From an uncultured SAR86 cluster bacterium (lineage in GTDB: Bacteria > Pseudomonadota > Gammaproteobacteria > Magnimaribacterales > D2472), in the NCBI GenBank assembly GCA_964276145.1, contig CAXYDN010000007.1, positions 1,464 through 65,463 on the forward strand: a stretch of DNA of 64,000 nucleotides, read 5' to 3'. A program made the position numbers and the translations under genes. This document shows, in pieces, positions 48,524 through 59,666 of the stretch (positions within the stretch are counted from its first letter, which is position 1; each line of letters begins with the position of its first letter). The notes under the pieces are model-generated. The model had not been told where the DNA came from, did not search any database, and saw nothing but the letters and a program-made list of their open reading frames with translations.

Positions 48524-50767
48524 TTAAACCTTAACTTTCTCTTGTAATTCTGTAAATTTAAGATTTCCTGATTTTATATCTAGTTTAATTTGACCACCAG
48601 ATTTAAGGTTACCAAATAATAATTTATCTACTAGAGGCTTTTTAATATTCTTTGATATAAATCTTTCCATTGGTCTTGCACCCATTTCTTTGTCATAGCC
48701 ATTTTCTGCTATCCAGTTTATAACAGCTTTAGAAACAACAATCTCAACATTTCTTTTATCTAATTGAGCTTGGAGTTTTGTTAGGAATTTATCAACAATA
48801 GATAAGATGATTGATTTATCTAAATAATTAAATTGAATTGTTTCATCCAGTCTATTTCTAAATTCTGGTGTAAATAGTTTATTTAATGAGTTCATTGCAT
48901 CAGATTCATTAGATGAAGAGCTAAAGCCTATATTTCTTTTTGCAAGAAGCTCTGCACCAATATTAGTTGTCATGATAAGGATTACATTTCTAAAATCAGC
49001 CTTTCTTCCATTATTATCAGTAAGAACACCAGCATCCATTACCTGAAGTAATATGTTAAATATATCAGGGTGAGCTTTTTCAATTTCATCAAGCAATAAG
49101 ACACAATGTGGTGATTTGACTATAGCCTCTGTTAATAGACCACCTTGATCAAAGCCGACATAACCAGGAGGCGCTCCAATCAATCTAGAAACAGTATGGC
49201 GCTCCATATATTCACTCATATCAAAACGAACTAAATCAATACCCATTATCTCTGAAAGCTGTTTAGATATTTCTGTCTTTCCCACACCCGTGGGTCCAGT
49301 AAATAAAAAAGATCCTATTGTTTTATTATCATCCCTTAAACCTACTCTTGATAGTTTAATAGCGCTTGATAAAGTCTCAACAGCTAAGTCTTGGCCAAAA
49401 ATAACTCGTTTTAAGTTTTCTTCTAAACTCTTAAGATCTTTTTTATCAGCAACTGTAATGTTTTGTTCTGGAATTTTAGTGATTTTTGAAATAGTTTTTT
49501 CTATATGTTGTTGATTTACAGTAATATTTTTTTTATTTTTTCTTGCTATATTTAGCATAGCTCCAGTTTCATCTATAACGTCAATAGCCTTATCTGGTAA
49601 AAATCTATCGTTTATGTATTTAGACGAAAGATCAACAGAGGACTTGATTGCATCTGGTGAATAGGTAACATTATGATAATCCTCATATATACCTTTAATA
49701 CCATCAATTATTTCAACACATTCATCATAAGATGGTTCAATTACATCAATTTTCTGAAATCTTCTTGATAAGGCTTGATTTTGATCGAATATACCCCTGT
49801 ATTCTTGAAATGTAGTAGATCCTATACATCTTAGAGATCCTTTACCTAGTGCTGGTTTAAGAAGATTTGATACATCCAGAGAACCCCCGGAAGCGGATCC
49901 AGCACCTATTATGGTATGTATTTCGTCGATAAATAATATTGCTTTATCTTTTGTTTCTAGAAACTTTAAAACTTCCTTTAATCTTTTTTCAAAATCACCT
50001 CTATATTTTGTACCCGCTATTAAGGCAGCTATATCTAAAGAGTAAATAATGGAATCGTCTAATATTTTAGGTACCTTGTTATTGCAAATTAAGTAAGCTA
50101 ATCCTTCAGCAATAGCTGTTTTTCCAACGCCAGACTCTCCTACAAGTAATGGATTGTTTTTGGTTCTTCTTGATAAAATTTGTATAAGCCTATCCACCTC
50201 TTTAGTTCTTCCAATCAAGCTATCTATTTTATTTTCATAAACTAGGTTATTTAAATTAATTAAGTAAGCATTTTCTTCGGATTTTGTTTTATCATCACCG
50301 TCATCATTTTTGTCAACAATCTCGGCACTTTGTTCTGTCTTTTGTGGTGAGCCATGAGATATATATGTAACAACATCAAGTCGATTAATATTATTTTTAT
50401 TTAGAAGATAAACAGATCTTGATTCTTTTTCTGAAAAGATAGCAACCAAAATATTTATAGGCTTAACTACGCCCTTTCCAGATGATTGAATATGAAAAAC
50501 TGCTCTTTGAAGTACTCGTTGAAAACCTAGTGTTGGTTGAACTGCTTTTTGATTATCAGTCCTCATAATACTGGATTTTTTTAGATGCTCATTTAATTCA
50601 TCTTTCAGCGTTTCAATTCTTACATCATGAGACTCTATAAAATCTTTCACATCAAAATCACTCAGAATCATTAAAAATAAATGCTCAACAGTAAGATACT
50701 GAATATTTATTTCATGAGCTTTATCAAATAAATTTGCAATGGAAACTTCTAAATCTTTACTAAACAT
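48524..50767 (-). CDS. clpA: ATP-dependent Clp protease ATP-binding subunit ClpA
   Basis: PTLGFQRVLQRA, GESGVGKT, GPTGVGKTE, RFDMSEYMERHTVSRLIGAPPGYVG. Confidence 0.96.
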   Translation of the reverse strand: MFSKDLEVSIANLFDKAHEINIQYLTVEHLFLMILSDFDVKDFIESHDVRIETLKDELNEHLKKSSIMRTDNQKAVQPTLGFQRVLQRAVFHIQSSGKGVVKPINILVAIFSEKESRSVYLLNKNNINRLDVVTYISHGSPQKTEQSAEIVDKNDDGDDKTKSEENAYLINLNNLVYENKIDSLIGRTKEVDRLIQILSRRTKNNPLLVGESGVGKTAIAEGLAYLICNNKVPKILDDSIIYSLDIAALIAGTKYRGDFEKRLKEVLKFLETKDKAILFIDEIHTIIGAGSASGGSLDVSNLLKPALGKGSLRCIGSTTFQEYRGIFDQNQALSRRFQKIDVIEPSYDECVEIIDGIKGIYEDYHNVTYSPDAIKSSVDLSSKYINDRFLPDKAIDVIDETGAMLNIARKNKKNITVNQQHIEKTISKITKIPEQNITVADKKDLKSLEENLKRVIFGQDLAVETLSSAIKLSRVGLRDDNKTIGSFLFTGPTGVGKTEISKQLSEIMGIDLVRFDMSEYMERHTVSRLIGAPPGYVGFDQGGLLTEAIVKSPHCVLLLDEIEKAHPDIFNILLQVMDAGVLTDNNGRKADFRNVILIMTTNIGAELLAKRNIGFSSSSNESDAMNSLNKLFTPEFRNRLDETIQFNYLDKSIILSIVDKFLTKLQAQLDKRNVEIVVSKAVINWIAENGYDKEMGARPMERFISKNIKKPLVDKLLFGNLKSGGQIKLDIKSGNLKFTELQEKVKV

Positions 50768-50769
50768 AA

Positions 50770-51108
50770 CTAATCACTCAATGGTTCTATTTCACTTAAT
50801 AATGGATGGTTGTGATGTTTTGCCATATTGTTAACCTCATAAGACATCATCTCAGCTATCTCTTTAGAAAATATACCACAAACACCTTTGCCTTTTGTAT
50901 GAACAGCCATCATTATTTGTGTTGATTTTTCATGCGTATGATTAAAAACAGTTTGGAGGACATAGACTACGAATTCCATTGGTGTGAAGTCATCATTAAT
51001 AAGAACCACTTGATAAAGAGGCGGCTCTTTTAGTTCTGGATCTTTTTCTAATACTGCTGAACCTAAATCATTTGATGAATCAATGGTATCTTTAGATAGC
51101 CTTATCAT
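50770..51108 (-). CDS. clpS: Clp protease adaptor ClpS
   Basis: PPLYQVVLINDDFTPMEFVV...MMAVHTKGKGVCG. Confidence 0.96.
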   Translation of the reverse strand: MIRLSKDTIDSSNDLGSAVLEKDPELKEPPLYQVVLINDDFTPMEFVVYVLQTVFNHTHEKSTQIMMAVHTKGKGVCGIFSKEIAEMMSYEVNNMAKHHNHPLLSEIEPLSD

Positions 51109-52361
51109 TACATCCTTTTAACCATTTCTTCACCAAATCCTGAGCAAGATACTAAGTCTGCACCATCCATCATTCTTTCAAAATCATAAGTGACTTTTTT
51201 AGCTAGGATAGTTTTTTCCATCGAAGAGATTATTAAATCAGCAGCTTCAGTCCAACCCATGTGCCTTAGCATCATTTCTGCAGATAATATTAAACTTCCT
51301 GGGTTTACTTTATCTTGACCTGCATATTTTGGAGCTGTTCCATGAGTTGCTTCAAAAACAGCATACTCATCTGAGATATTAGCACCAGGAGCTATACCTA
51401 TACCACCTACACAAGCTGCTAACGCATCAGATATATAATCACCATTAAGATTCATAGTCGCTATAACGTCATAGTCTTTAGGTCTAAGTAATATTTGTTG
51501 CAGAAATGCATCACAAATAACATCATTAATAATAATATTTTTACCATTTTTTGGGTTCTTGATTATTTGCCATGGTCCACCATCTAGGTCTGTAGCTTCG
51601 TATGATGATTTTGCAAGTTCATAACCCCAATCTCTAAAAGCACCTTCTGTGTATTTCATGATATTGCCCTTATGAACAAGTGTCACAGAAGTTCTATCAT
51701 TTTCAATTGCATAATCAATTGCTTTCTTTACAAGTCTTGAAGTACCTTCTTTTGAAATTGGCTTTACACCAATACCAACGGTATCTGGAAAACGTATTTG
51801 AACTATTCCAAAATCCTCTTCAAGAGTTTTTACAATCTTTTTTGACTCATCTGATTCTGCTTTAAATTCAATACCGCAATATATATCTTCTGAATTTTCT
51901 CTAAAAATTACCATATCAGTGTCTTGAGGTCTCTTAACAGGAGAAGGCACACCATCAAAATATCTAATAGGCCTTAGACATACATATAGATCTAAAATTT
52001 GTCTTAACGAGACGTTTAATGATCTTATACCTCCACCAACAGGAGTTGTTAAAGGACCTTTGATGCTAACAACGTATTCTTTTAGCGCTTCAATAGTTTC
52101 ATCTGGTAACCATGTATCTTTTTCGTAAACTTTTGTAGATTTTTCACCACAGTAGACTTCCATCCATTCAATTTTTCTTTTGCCATCATATGCAACCTTT
52201 ACAGCATTATTAACAACATTTAACATTGCAGGTGTAATGTCTGCACCAATACCATCACCTTCTATGTAAGGTATAATTGGATTATCTGGAACATTTAATA
52301 CACCATCAATATATGATATTTTTTGTCCTGAATTTGGTTCCTTTACTTTATTAAATTTCAT
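51108..52361 (-). CDS. icd: NADP-dependent isocitrate dehydrogenase (dimeric, E. coli type)
   Basis: [56 protein letters not shown]. Confidence 0.97.
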   Translation of the reverse strand: MKFNKVKEPNSGQKISYIDGVLNVPDNPIIPYIEGDGIGADITPAMLNVVNNAVKVAYDGKRKIEWMEVYCGEKSTKVYEKDTWLPDETIEALKEYVVSIKGPLTTPVGGGIRSLNVSLRQILDLYVCLRPIRYFDGVPSPVKRPQDTDMVIFRENSEDIYCGIEFKAESDESKKIVKTLEEDFGIVQIRFPDTVGIGVKPISKEGTSRLVKKAIDYAIENDRTSVTLVHKGNIMKYTEGAFRDWGYELAKSSYEATDLDGGPWQIIKNPKNGKNIIINDVICDAFLQQILLRPKDYDVIATMNLNGDYISDALAACVGGIGIAPGANISDEYAVFEATHGTAPKYAGQDKVNPGSLILSAEMMLRHMGWTEAADLIISSMEKTILAKKVTYDFERMMDGADLVSCSGFGEEMVKRM

Positions 52362-52457
52362 TTGAATTAATGGTCCTTTTTAATAGGTTTTAGTGCTTTT
52401 AAGGGCCATTATTATACTATTAATTATTAGAATATAATATGGATAAAAATAAAGAAA

Positions 52458-53537
52458 ATGACTAAAAAAACAGTGGTTGTAGGACTTTCAGGTGGTGTTG
52501 ACTCATCTGTATCAGCTTTTTTATTAAAAGAAGCAGGATATGAGGTCAAGGCATTATTCATGCAAAATTGGCAATCAGAACCTGGTGAGGTGTGCACATC
52601 TGAAATTGACTTTAAAGATGCTTCTAAGATATGCGACAAACTTGATATTCCATTACATAGAGCAAATTTTTCAGATGAATACTGGGATAGGGTCTTTACA
52701 AATTTCTTAAGTGAGCATGAGAAAGGAAGAACACCTAATCCAGATATATTATGTAATAGAGAAATTAAATTTAAATCCTTTCTTGATTATGCCTTCAAAA
52801 TTGGAGCTGACTATATTGCAACAGGTCATTATGCAAAATTAGAGACAGTTAATAATATTAAATATCTCAAAAGAGCAAAGGATTTAGAAAAAGATCAAAC
52901 TTATTTTTTACATGAAGTTAGTGAAAAAGAATTTGAAAACTGCCTATTTCCGCTCGAAAATTTAACAAAGTCTGAAGTTAGATCAATAGCAAAGAAGAAT
53001 GGTTTAATCACAGCTGATAAGAAAGACTCAGTAGGCATATGCTTTGTTGGTGAAAGAAATTTAAAGGATTTTTTAAATAGATTTATTAAATTTGAAAAAG
53101 GCTTAATAAAGGATGAGGAAGGTAACATTGTAGGTGAGCATCAGGGATCAATTCTTTATACACAAGGACAAAGACAAGGATTAAATATTGGTGGTGTCAA
53201 GGGTAGAGATGAACTTCCATGGTACGTATATAAAAAAGATATAAAAAATAATGAAATCTATGTGTGTCAGGGTGTTGATAATGACTTACTTATGAATAGT
53301 GGCTTAAATCTAGAACAGATAAACTGGATCAATAATATTAATTATGAACTTCCATTAAATTGTAGTGTTCAAATTAGACACCAACATAAACCTATAAATT
53401 GCAAACTTGTTCATGAAAATGATCTATTTAAAACCATATTCTCAGAACCAATTAGAGCAATAGCGCCAGGCCAATCAGCTGTTTTTTATAATAATGAAAT
53501 ATGTTTGGGTGGTGGGATAATTACAGAGACTTTTTGA
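52458..53537 (+). CDS. mnmA: tRNA-specific 2-thiouridylase
   Basis: SGGVDSS, TPNPDILCN, ATGHYA, KDQTYFL, GICFVG, APGQSAV. Confidence 0.96.
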   Translation: MTKKTVVVGLSGGVDSSVSAFLLKEAGYEVKALFMQNWQSEPGEVCTSEIDFKDASKICDKLDIPLHRANFSDEYWDRVFTNFLSEHEKGRTPNPDILCNREIKFKSFLDYAFKIGADYIATGHYAKLETVNNIKYLKRAKDLEKDQTYFLHEVSEKEFENCLFPLENLTKSEVRSIAKKNGLITADKKDSVGICFVGERNLKDFLNRFIKFEKGLIKDEEGNIVGEHQGSILYTQGQRQGLNIGGVKGRDELPWYVYKKDIKNNEIYVCQGVDNDLLMNSGLNLEQINWINNINYELPLNCSVQIRHQHKPINCKLVHENDLFKTIFSEPIRAIAPGQSAVFYNNEICLGGGIITETF

Positions 53538-53577
53538 TATATAATTCAAATGAATTTAACAGATCGTACAATAATTT

Positions 53578-54933
53578 ATGAAATTTGATCATGATAATAT
53601 TTCACCTCTTGATAGTAGATATGCAAACAAAATATCTAAATTAAGAGAAAACTTCAGTGAATCAGCTTTAATTAAAATAAGATTTGATATAGAAATTGAA
53701 TGGCTTTTATATATCTGCGTCAATCTTCCAAGAACTTTCAAACCCTTATCCAAACAATCTATAAAAAAAATTGCTAAATTTAAGGATAGTTTTGATAACA
53801 AATCAGTACTAAAAATAAAAAAAATAGAATCGACAACCAATCATGATGTTAAGGCTGTTGAATATTATATAAGAGACTATTTCTTAAAAGATAAGGTTTT
53901 ATCAAGCTACACACATCTCATCCATTTTGGATTAACAAGTGAAGATATTAATTCCTTAAGCTATGCGCATATGATTAAAAATGGTATTTCTATTTATATC
54001 AAAGAGCTCGATAAAGTTAATAAGATTTTAAAAAATTATTCAAAGAAATGGGCTAAGCAACATTTTTTAGCTAGAACTCATGGTCAAGCAGCCTCTCCTT
54101 CTACTTTAGGAAAAGAATTTAAAGTTTTTCATGAAAGAATTAATAAAGAAATGCAGCATTTAAATTCGATCAAACCTCTGGCCAAATTTAGTGGTGCAAC
54201 AGGAAATTATCACACATTTGATATTGTAGATTCTAAATTAAATTGGATTAAACTAAATAAAAAATTTATCAACTCTTTTGGTGTAAATCACAATGAATAT
54301 ACTACCCAAATAGAGCCACATGACTGGATAGCCGATGTTAATCATTCAGTCGTTAGAATTAATAATATCTTAATAGACTTATGCCAGGATTTATGGATTT
54401 ATATTTCGAATGATATTTTTGCATTAAAGCTATTAAAAAATGAAGTCGGCTCCTCAACAATGCCTCATAAAGTCAATCCTATAGACTTTGAAAATGCTGA
54501 GGGAAATTTTGGAATGTCTAATGCATTAAATGAATTTTTTGCAAATAAACTGCAAAAATCGCGTCATCAGAGAGACTTATCTGATTCAACAGTTCTTAGG
54601 AATATTGGATTAGGTTTTGGATACTCTGCATTAGCCTTAATATCAACAAGTAAAGGTCTTGAGAAAATTACTCCAAATAAACTAAAAATTAGTGAAGAGC
54701 TTGATAATAACTGGGAAGTTTTAACTGAAGCAGTTCAGACTTTAATGAGATATGAAGGAGTTCCAGATGCCTATGAGCAATTGAAAAATTTATCTCGAGG
54801 CTCAAAACTAAATAAAGAAACTTATATTTCTTTCGTTAAAACATTGGCTATTAGCAAGGAATCAAAAAATAAGTTACTTCAACTAAAACCAAGTACATAC
54901 ATAGGTATTGCTGAAGATTTATCTAAAAATTAA
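53578..54933 (+). CDS. purB: Adenylosuccinate lyase
   Basis: SPLDSRY, TNHDVKAVEY, ARTHGQ, GSSTMPHKVNPIDFEN. Confidence 0.96.
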   Translation: MKFDHDNISPLDSRYANKISKLRENFSESALIKIRFDIEIEWLLYICVNLPRTFKPLSKQSIKKIAKFKDSFDNKSVLKIKKIESTTNHDVKAVEYYIRDYFLKDKVLSSYTHLIHFGLTSEDINSLSYAHMIKNGISIYIKELDKVNKILKNYSKKWAKQHFLARTHGQAASPSTLGKEFKVFHERINKEMQHLNSIKPLAKFSGATGNYHTFDIVDSKLNWIKLNKKFINSFGVNHNEYTTQIEPHDWIADVNHSVVRINNILIDLCQDLWIYISNDIFALKLLKNEVGSSTMPHKVNPIDFENAEGNFGMSNALNEFFANKLQKSRHQRDLSDSTVLRNIGLGFGYSALALISTSKGLEKITPNKLKISEELDNNWEVLTEAVQTLMRYEGVPDAYEQLKNLSRGSKLNKETYISFVKTLAISKESKNKLLQLKPSTYIGIAEDLSKN

Positions 54934-54947
54934 TAATTGATCATAAA

Positions 54948-54964
54948 ATGTAGTCAAACTACAT
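54948..54964. promoter_or_regulatory. HexR/RccR-type operator upstream of aceA
   Basis: Perfect dyad ATGTAGT-CAA-ACTACAT matching the TGTAGT-N3-ACTACA type of site bound by RpiR-family HexR/RccR regulators. Confidence 0.65.
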
Positions 54965-55074
54965 CTAAAATTATAAAAAAAACCTATTAAATCAACATTT
55001 ATACTAATATGTTGACATAAAATACCTAATATTATTTACTACACTACATATTAATTATTAAATAGGGTGTAGTA

Positions 55075-56655
55075 ATGATAAACCACGGTGATAATAAAAC
55101 TAAAGCATCAGATATTCCTGAAATGTCTACGTCTAACTGGAGCTCTATTAGCCCAGAATATGTCGCAAGAATGCGAATGCAAAATCGTTTTAAGACAGGA
55201 TTAGATATTGCTAAATATACAGCAGGAATAATGCGAAAAGATATGGATGAATATGATTCTGATACATCTAAATATACCCAATCCCTTGGATGCTGGCATG
55301 GTTTCATAGGACAACAAAAATTAATTTCAATAAAAAAACATTTTCAAACAACTGATAAAAAATATCTTTATCTTTCAGGTTGGATGATTGCAGCCTTAAG
55401 GTCAGAATTTGGTCCCCTTCCCGATCAATCAATGCATGAAAAAACATCAGTTGCTAGTTTAATTGCTGAGCTATACACTTTTTTAAGACAAGCTGATGCT
55501 CGAGAGCTAGGTGATTTATATAGACAATTAGATAAGGCAGATGATAGCTCTAAATCTGAATTTCAGAATAAAATTGATAACTTTCAAACCCATGTTGTCC
55601 CTATAATTGCCGATATTGATGCGGGTTTTGGTAATGAAGAAGCAACTTATTTAATGGCGAAACAGATGATTGAAGCTGGCGCTTGTGCTATTCAAATTGA
55701 GAATCAAGTATCAGATGAAAAACAATGTGGTCACCAAGATGGAAAGGTTACAGTTCCTCATGCCGACTTTCTAGCAAAGATTAATGCAGTTAGGTATGCA
55801 TTTCTTGAATTAGGAGTAGATGATGGGATTATAGTAGCAAGAACAGATTCATTGGGCGCTGGTCTAACAAAACAAATTGCCATAACGAATGAAAAAGGCG
55901 ATTTGGGTGATCAATATAATTCATTTTTGGATTTAGAAGAAGTTGCACAAGAAGACATGAAACATGGCGATGTAATGATTAATAAAGATGGCTACTTAAT
56001 GCGACCTAAAAGATTGCCTAGTAATCTTTATCAGTTTAGAGAAGGTACTGGTGAGGCAAGGTGCATCTTAGATTCTATTACAAGTTTACAAAATGGTGCT
56101 GATCTAATTTGGATTGAAACTGAAAAACCTCATATTGGTCAAATTGGAGCAATGATGGATGAGATTAAAAAAGTAGTGCCAAATGCAAAGCTTGTTTATA
56201 ACAATAGTCCATCTTTTAATTGGACATTAAATTTTAGACAACAAATTTTTGATTCTATGGAGAAAGATGGTAAAGACATCTCTTCATATGACAGAAGTGA
56301 TCTTATGAATATTTCATATGATGAAACTGAACTTGCAATTGAAGCTGATAATAAAATTCGTACTTTTCAAGCTGATGCCGCCAGAGAAGCGGGAATTTTT
56401 CACCATTTAATTACATTGCCAACTTATCATACTGCTGCACTATCAACTGATAATCTAGCTAAAGAATACTTTGGCGACCAAGGCATGTTGGGCTATGTTG
56501 CTGGCGTTCAGAGAAAAGAAATTAGAGAAGGTATCGCATGTGTAAAACATCAAAATATGTCAGGCTCTGATATGGGTGATGATCATAAAGAATATTTTGC
56601 TGGTGAAGCTGCATTAAAAGCAGCAGGTGAAGATAATACTATGAATCAGTTTTAG
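55075..56655 (+). CDS. aceA: Isocitrate lyase (long, Pseudomonas-type)
   Basis: QNRFKTGLDIAKYTA, YLSGW, DIDAGFG, EKQCGHQDGK, YNNSPSFNW. Confidence 0.95.
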   Translation: MINHGDNKTKASDIPEMSTSNWSSISPEYVARMRMQNRFKTGLDIAKYTAGIMRKDMDEYDSDTSKYTQSLGCWHGFIGQQKLISIKKHFQTTDKKYLYLSGWMIAALRSEFGPLPDQSMHEKTSVASLIAELYTFLRQADARELGDLYRQLDKADDSSKSEFQNKIDNFQTHVVPIIADIDAGFGNEEATYLMAKQMIEAGACAIQIENQVSDEKQCGHQDGKVTVPHADFLAKINAVRYAFLELGVDDGIIVARTDSLGAGLTKQIAITNEKGDLGDQYNSFLDLEEVAQEDMKHGDVMINKDGYLMRPKRLPSNLYQFREGTGEARCILDSITSLQNGADLIWIETEKPHIGQIGAMMDEIKKVVPNAKLVYNNSPSFNWTLNFRQQIFDSMEKDGKDISSYDRSDLMNISYDETELAIEADNKIRTFQADAAREAGIFHHLITLPTYHTAALSTDNLAKEYFGDQGMLGYVAGVQRKEIREGIACVKHQNMSGSDMGDDHKEYFAGEAALKAAGEDNTMNQF

Positions 56656-56821
56656 AACATGAGTTCATTTCGGTTTTACCACAAATATTACAAACTCCAT
56701 CTTCAGATGTCATAACCCCTCCACAGGATCCTTCAATTGGTTTGTTTCTTATAATCAAGCCAATTGCTAAACCTGCAAAAGCTATACCTATAACAATAAA
56801 TGTGGCTAAAAACGTGCTCAT
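56639..56821 (-). CDS. nqrM: Na+-NQR maturation factor NqrM
   Basis: TM helix followed by I.GSCGG...C..C...C; lies downstream of apbE. Confidence 0.85.
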   Translation of the reverse strand: MSTFLATFIVIGIAFAGLAIGLIIRNKPIEGSCGGVMTSEDGVCNICGKTEMNSCSKTDS

Positions 56822-57804
56822 AGTCCTAAATCATACCATTTGTTAGAATAAATTAGCTCTGACTCACCTTCTGAACCAATAACTAACATCATAGCAATAT
56901 TATTATCGTTAGCGATATTTAGCGCATCAGGATAGCCAATAACATTAAATGCAGTTGCCATAGCGTCTGCTTGAGTAGCTGATTCCTCATGCGCAATAGT
57001 TACAGATAATATTTTTGAATCAATTGATAGTAGAGTTTTAGGATCAATAGTATGAGTAATCATTTTATTGTCAGAGATTTTAAAATTTCTATATTCCCCA
57101 GATGTAGCTATAGCTAAAAAATTATCGTTATTTTTTATTACATGAATAGCTTTATCATTAAATGAATTAGGGTCTTGGATTCCTATCATCCAGGGGGTTG
57201 AATGATTTGAACCATTGACTATTAATTCACCACCTATATCAATAAGGTGATTAGTTAAGTTATTGGTAATTAGATATTCATGAATTAGTTGAACTGCATA
57301 ACCCTTTGCAATAGATGATAAATCAAACCAATTTTTAGATTGTTTTATTAACTTGTTATCATTAATTAATAAATATCCATCTTCCTTATCTTGTATTAAG
57401 TCCATATTAAAATCAGGAGCAAAACCTAATTTACTGGAAACTTTTCCTAACATGATGTTATAGGCTCCATTAGATAATTTATTGATATCTTCTGCAATAT
57501 TTAAAATATTGTATAAATCATTACTTATATAGAGTTCAGTATTTGTGGGTTGTTTATTAATTATGGCAATCTCAGAATTAATCTTATAATTAGAGGCCAC
57601 AAGGTCTATATGATCAATAATCTTAATAATATTTTTTTCATGATGGTCTGCTATATATGAAGAAGATACTATTGACCAACTAGTTCCGTAAGCATTCCCG
57701 CTTATGCTATAAGTTTTATTTGAATTTGAGTTATAAGCTATGAATACACAGAATAAGCCAACACATAATGCAATAAGCTTTGATATTAGTTTTCTTGATA
57801 ACAA
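56818..57804 (-). CDS. apbE: FAD:protein FMN transferase
   Basis: DLSSIAKGYAV, IDIGGE, IATSGEYRN, HTIDP.T, ADAMATA. Confidence 0.92.
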   Translation of the reverse strand: MLSRKLISKLIALCVGLFCVFIAYNSNSNKTYSISGNAYGTSWSIVSSSYIADHHEKNIIKIIDHIDLVASNYKINSEIAIINKQPTNTELYISNDLYNILNIAEDINKLSNGAYNIMLGKVSSKLGFAPDFNMDLIQDKEDGYLLINDNKLIKQSKNWFDLSSIAKGYAVQLIHEYLITNNLTNHLIDIGGELIVNGSNHSTPWMIGIQDPNSFNDKAIHVIKNNDNFLAIATSGEYRNFKISDNKMITHTIDPKTLLSIDSKILSVTIAHEESATQADAMATAFNVIGYPDALNIANDNNIAMMLVIGSEGESELIYSNKWYDLGL

Positions 57805-57810
57805 GTCTAT

Positions 57811-59037
57811 TTAGCCACCAAAATCATCTAGAGCAATATTCTCAGGTTCAACACCAATATTTGTTAATAGATCAATTACTGCTTTGTTCATCATTGGAGG
57901 ACCGCACATATAATATTCGCAGTCTTCTGGAGCTTCATGGTGTTTTAAATAATTTTGATATAAAACGTTATGAATAAAACCAGTATCACCATCCCAGTCA
58001 TCTTCTGGTTGCGGATCTGATAACGCAACATGCCATTCAAAATTTTCATACTTTTCTGCTAAATCATTAAATTCTTCAACGTAGAACATTTCTTTTAAAC
58101 TTCTTGCGCCATACCAAAATGTTATTTTTCTATCTGTATGGATTCTTAATAATTGATCAAAAATATGCGATCTCATTGGTGCCATACCAGCACCACCGCC
58201 AACAAAAACCATTTCATTTTTTGTCTCTTTAGCAAAAAACTCACCAAAAGGTCCAAATACTTTAACTTTATCACCAGGCTTTAAATTAAAGGTCCAAGAT
58301 GACATTATTCCAGGAGGAAAATCGCTTCCTGGAGGCGGTGAAGCAATTCTTATATTGAATTTAATAACACCCTTCTCTTCTGGGTAATTTGCCATAGAAT
58401 AAGCCCTAATAACTGGCTCAGGGTTAATAGATTTATTCTCCCAAATTTTAAATTTATCCCAATCAGTATGATATTCTTTTTGTATATCGAATGATTTATA
58501 GTCTATTTCATATGCAGGAGCTTCAAGCTGAACATATCCACCAGCTCTAAAATCAACATTTTCACCTTCAGGCAATTTTAAAACTAATTCTTTAATAAAG
58601 GTTGCAACATTATCATTTGAAATAACTTCACACTCCCATTCTTTTACACCAAAAATTTCTTCAGGTACCTCAATTTTCATATCACTTTTAACAGGTACCT
58701 GACATGAAAGTCTCCATCCTTCATTTTTCTCTCTTGAGTTAAAATGCGATTCTTCGGTTGGTAAAATTGAGCCACCTCCATCGAGAACAACGCACTTACA
58801 TTGACTACAAGTTCCTCCGCCGCCACAAGCAGATGACAAAAATATTTTATTTTCAGCTAAAGTTTGAAGTAATTTTGAACCTGCTGGCACAACGATGGGG
58901 TTCGAGGAATCACCATTAATCTCAATAGACACATCTCCTGTTGAAACAAGCTTAGATCTAGCTCCGATAATAACTGCTACTAACGCAAGTACTATTCCTG
59001 AAAAAGAAATAACTCCAAGTATTAAATCAATCTGCAT
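57811..59037 (-). CDS. nqrF: Na+-translocating NADH:quinone reductase subunit F
   Basis: [48 protein letters not shown]. Confidence 0.97.
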   Translation of the reverse strand: MQIDLILGVISFSGIVLALVAVIIGARSKLVSTGDVSIEINGDSSNPIVVPAGSKLLQTLAENKIFLSSACGGGGTCSQCKCVVLDGGGSILPTEESHFNSREKNEGWRLSCQVPVKSDMKIEVPEEIFGVKEWECEVISNDNVATFIKELVLKLPEGENVDFRAGGYVQLEAPAYEIDYKSFDIQKEYHTDWDKFKIWENKSINPEPVIRAYSMANYPEEKGVIKFNIRIASPPPGSDFPPGIMSSWTFNLKPGDKVKVFGPFGEFFAKETKNEMVFVGGGAGMAPMRSHIFDQLLRIHTDRKITFWYGARSLKEMFYVEEFNDLAEKYENFEWHVALSDPQPEDDWDGDTGFIHNVLYQNYLKHHEAPEDCEYYMCGPPMMNKAVIDLLTNIGVEPENIALDDFGG

Positions 59038-59054
59038 AGTTAAACTCTCTTATT

Positions 59055-59666
59055 TTAAAGAGATATACCTCCAAATGACATGAATCCAAAACTCATAAGA
59101 CCAACAATTATAAATGTTGCTCCTAAACCCTTAAGACCCTCAGGTATATCTGAATATTTTAATTTTTCTCTTATACCGGCAAGTATCACTATAGCCATAG
59201 CCCAACCAAAGCCAGCTCCCAAGCCATACACAACACTTTCTCCAAATAATAGATCTTTTTCTATCATAAAAAGTGAAGCACCCAAGATTGCACAATTAAC
59301 TGTAATCAAAGGTAAAAATACACCTAATGCATTATATAAGGCTGGGACATATTTATCTAAAAACATTTCTAATATTTGTACTACAGCTGCGATAACACCT
59401 ATATAACTTATTAATTCAACAAATTCTAAATTTGTATCAGGCAATCCCGCCCATGCCAAAGCACCATCTCTAAGTATAAAATTATAAATGAGATTGTTTA
59501 GAGGAACTGTTATAAGACAAACAACTATAACAGCAATACCTAAACCAATAGCTGCATCAATTTTCTTTGAAATAGCAATGAATGTACACATACCTAGAAA
59601 TACTGACAAAGCAATATTTTCTATAAATACAGTAGTAATAAATATATTTAAGTAATGTTCAAACAT
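59055..59666 (-). CDS. nqrE: Na+-NQR subunit E
   Basis: [30 protein letters not shown]. Confidence 0.96.
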   Translation of the reverse strand: MFEHYLNIFITTVFIENIALSVFLGMCTFIAISKKIDAAIGLGIAVIVVCLITVPLNNLIYNFILRDGALAWAGLPDTNLEFVELISYIGVIAAVVQILEMFLDKYVPALYNALGVFLPLITVNCAILGASLFMIEKDLLFGESVVYGLGAGFGWAMAIVILAGIREKLKYSDIPEGLKGLGATFIIVGLMSFGFMSFGGISL

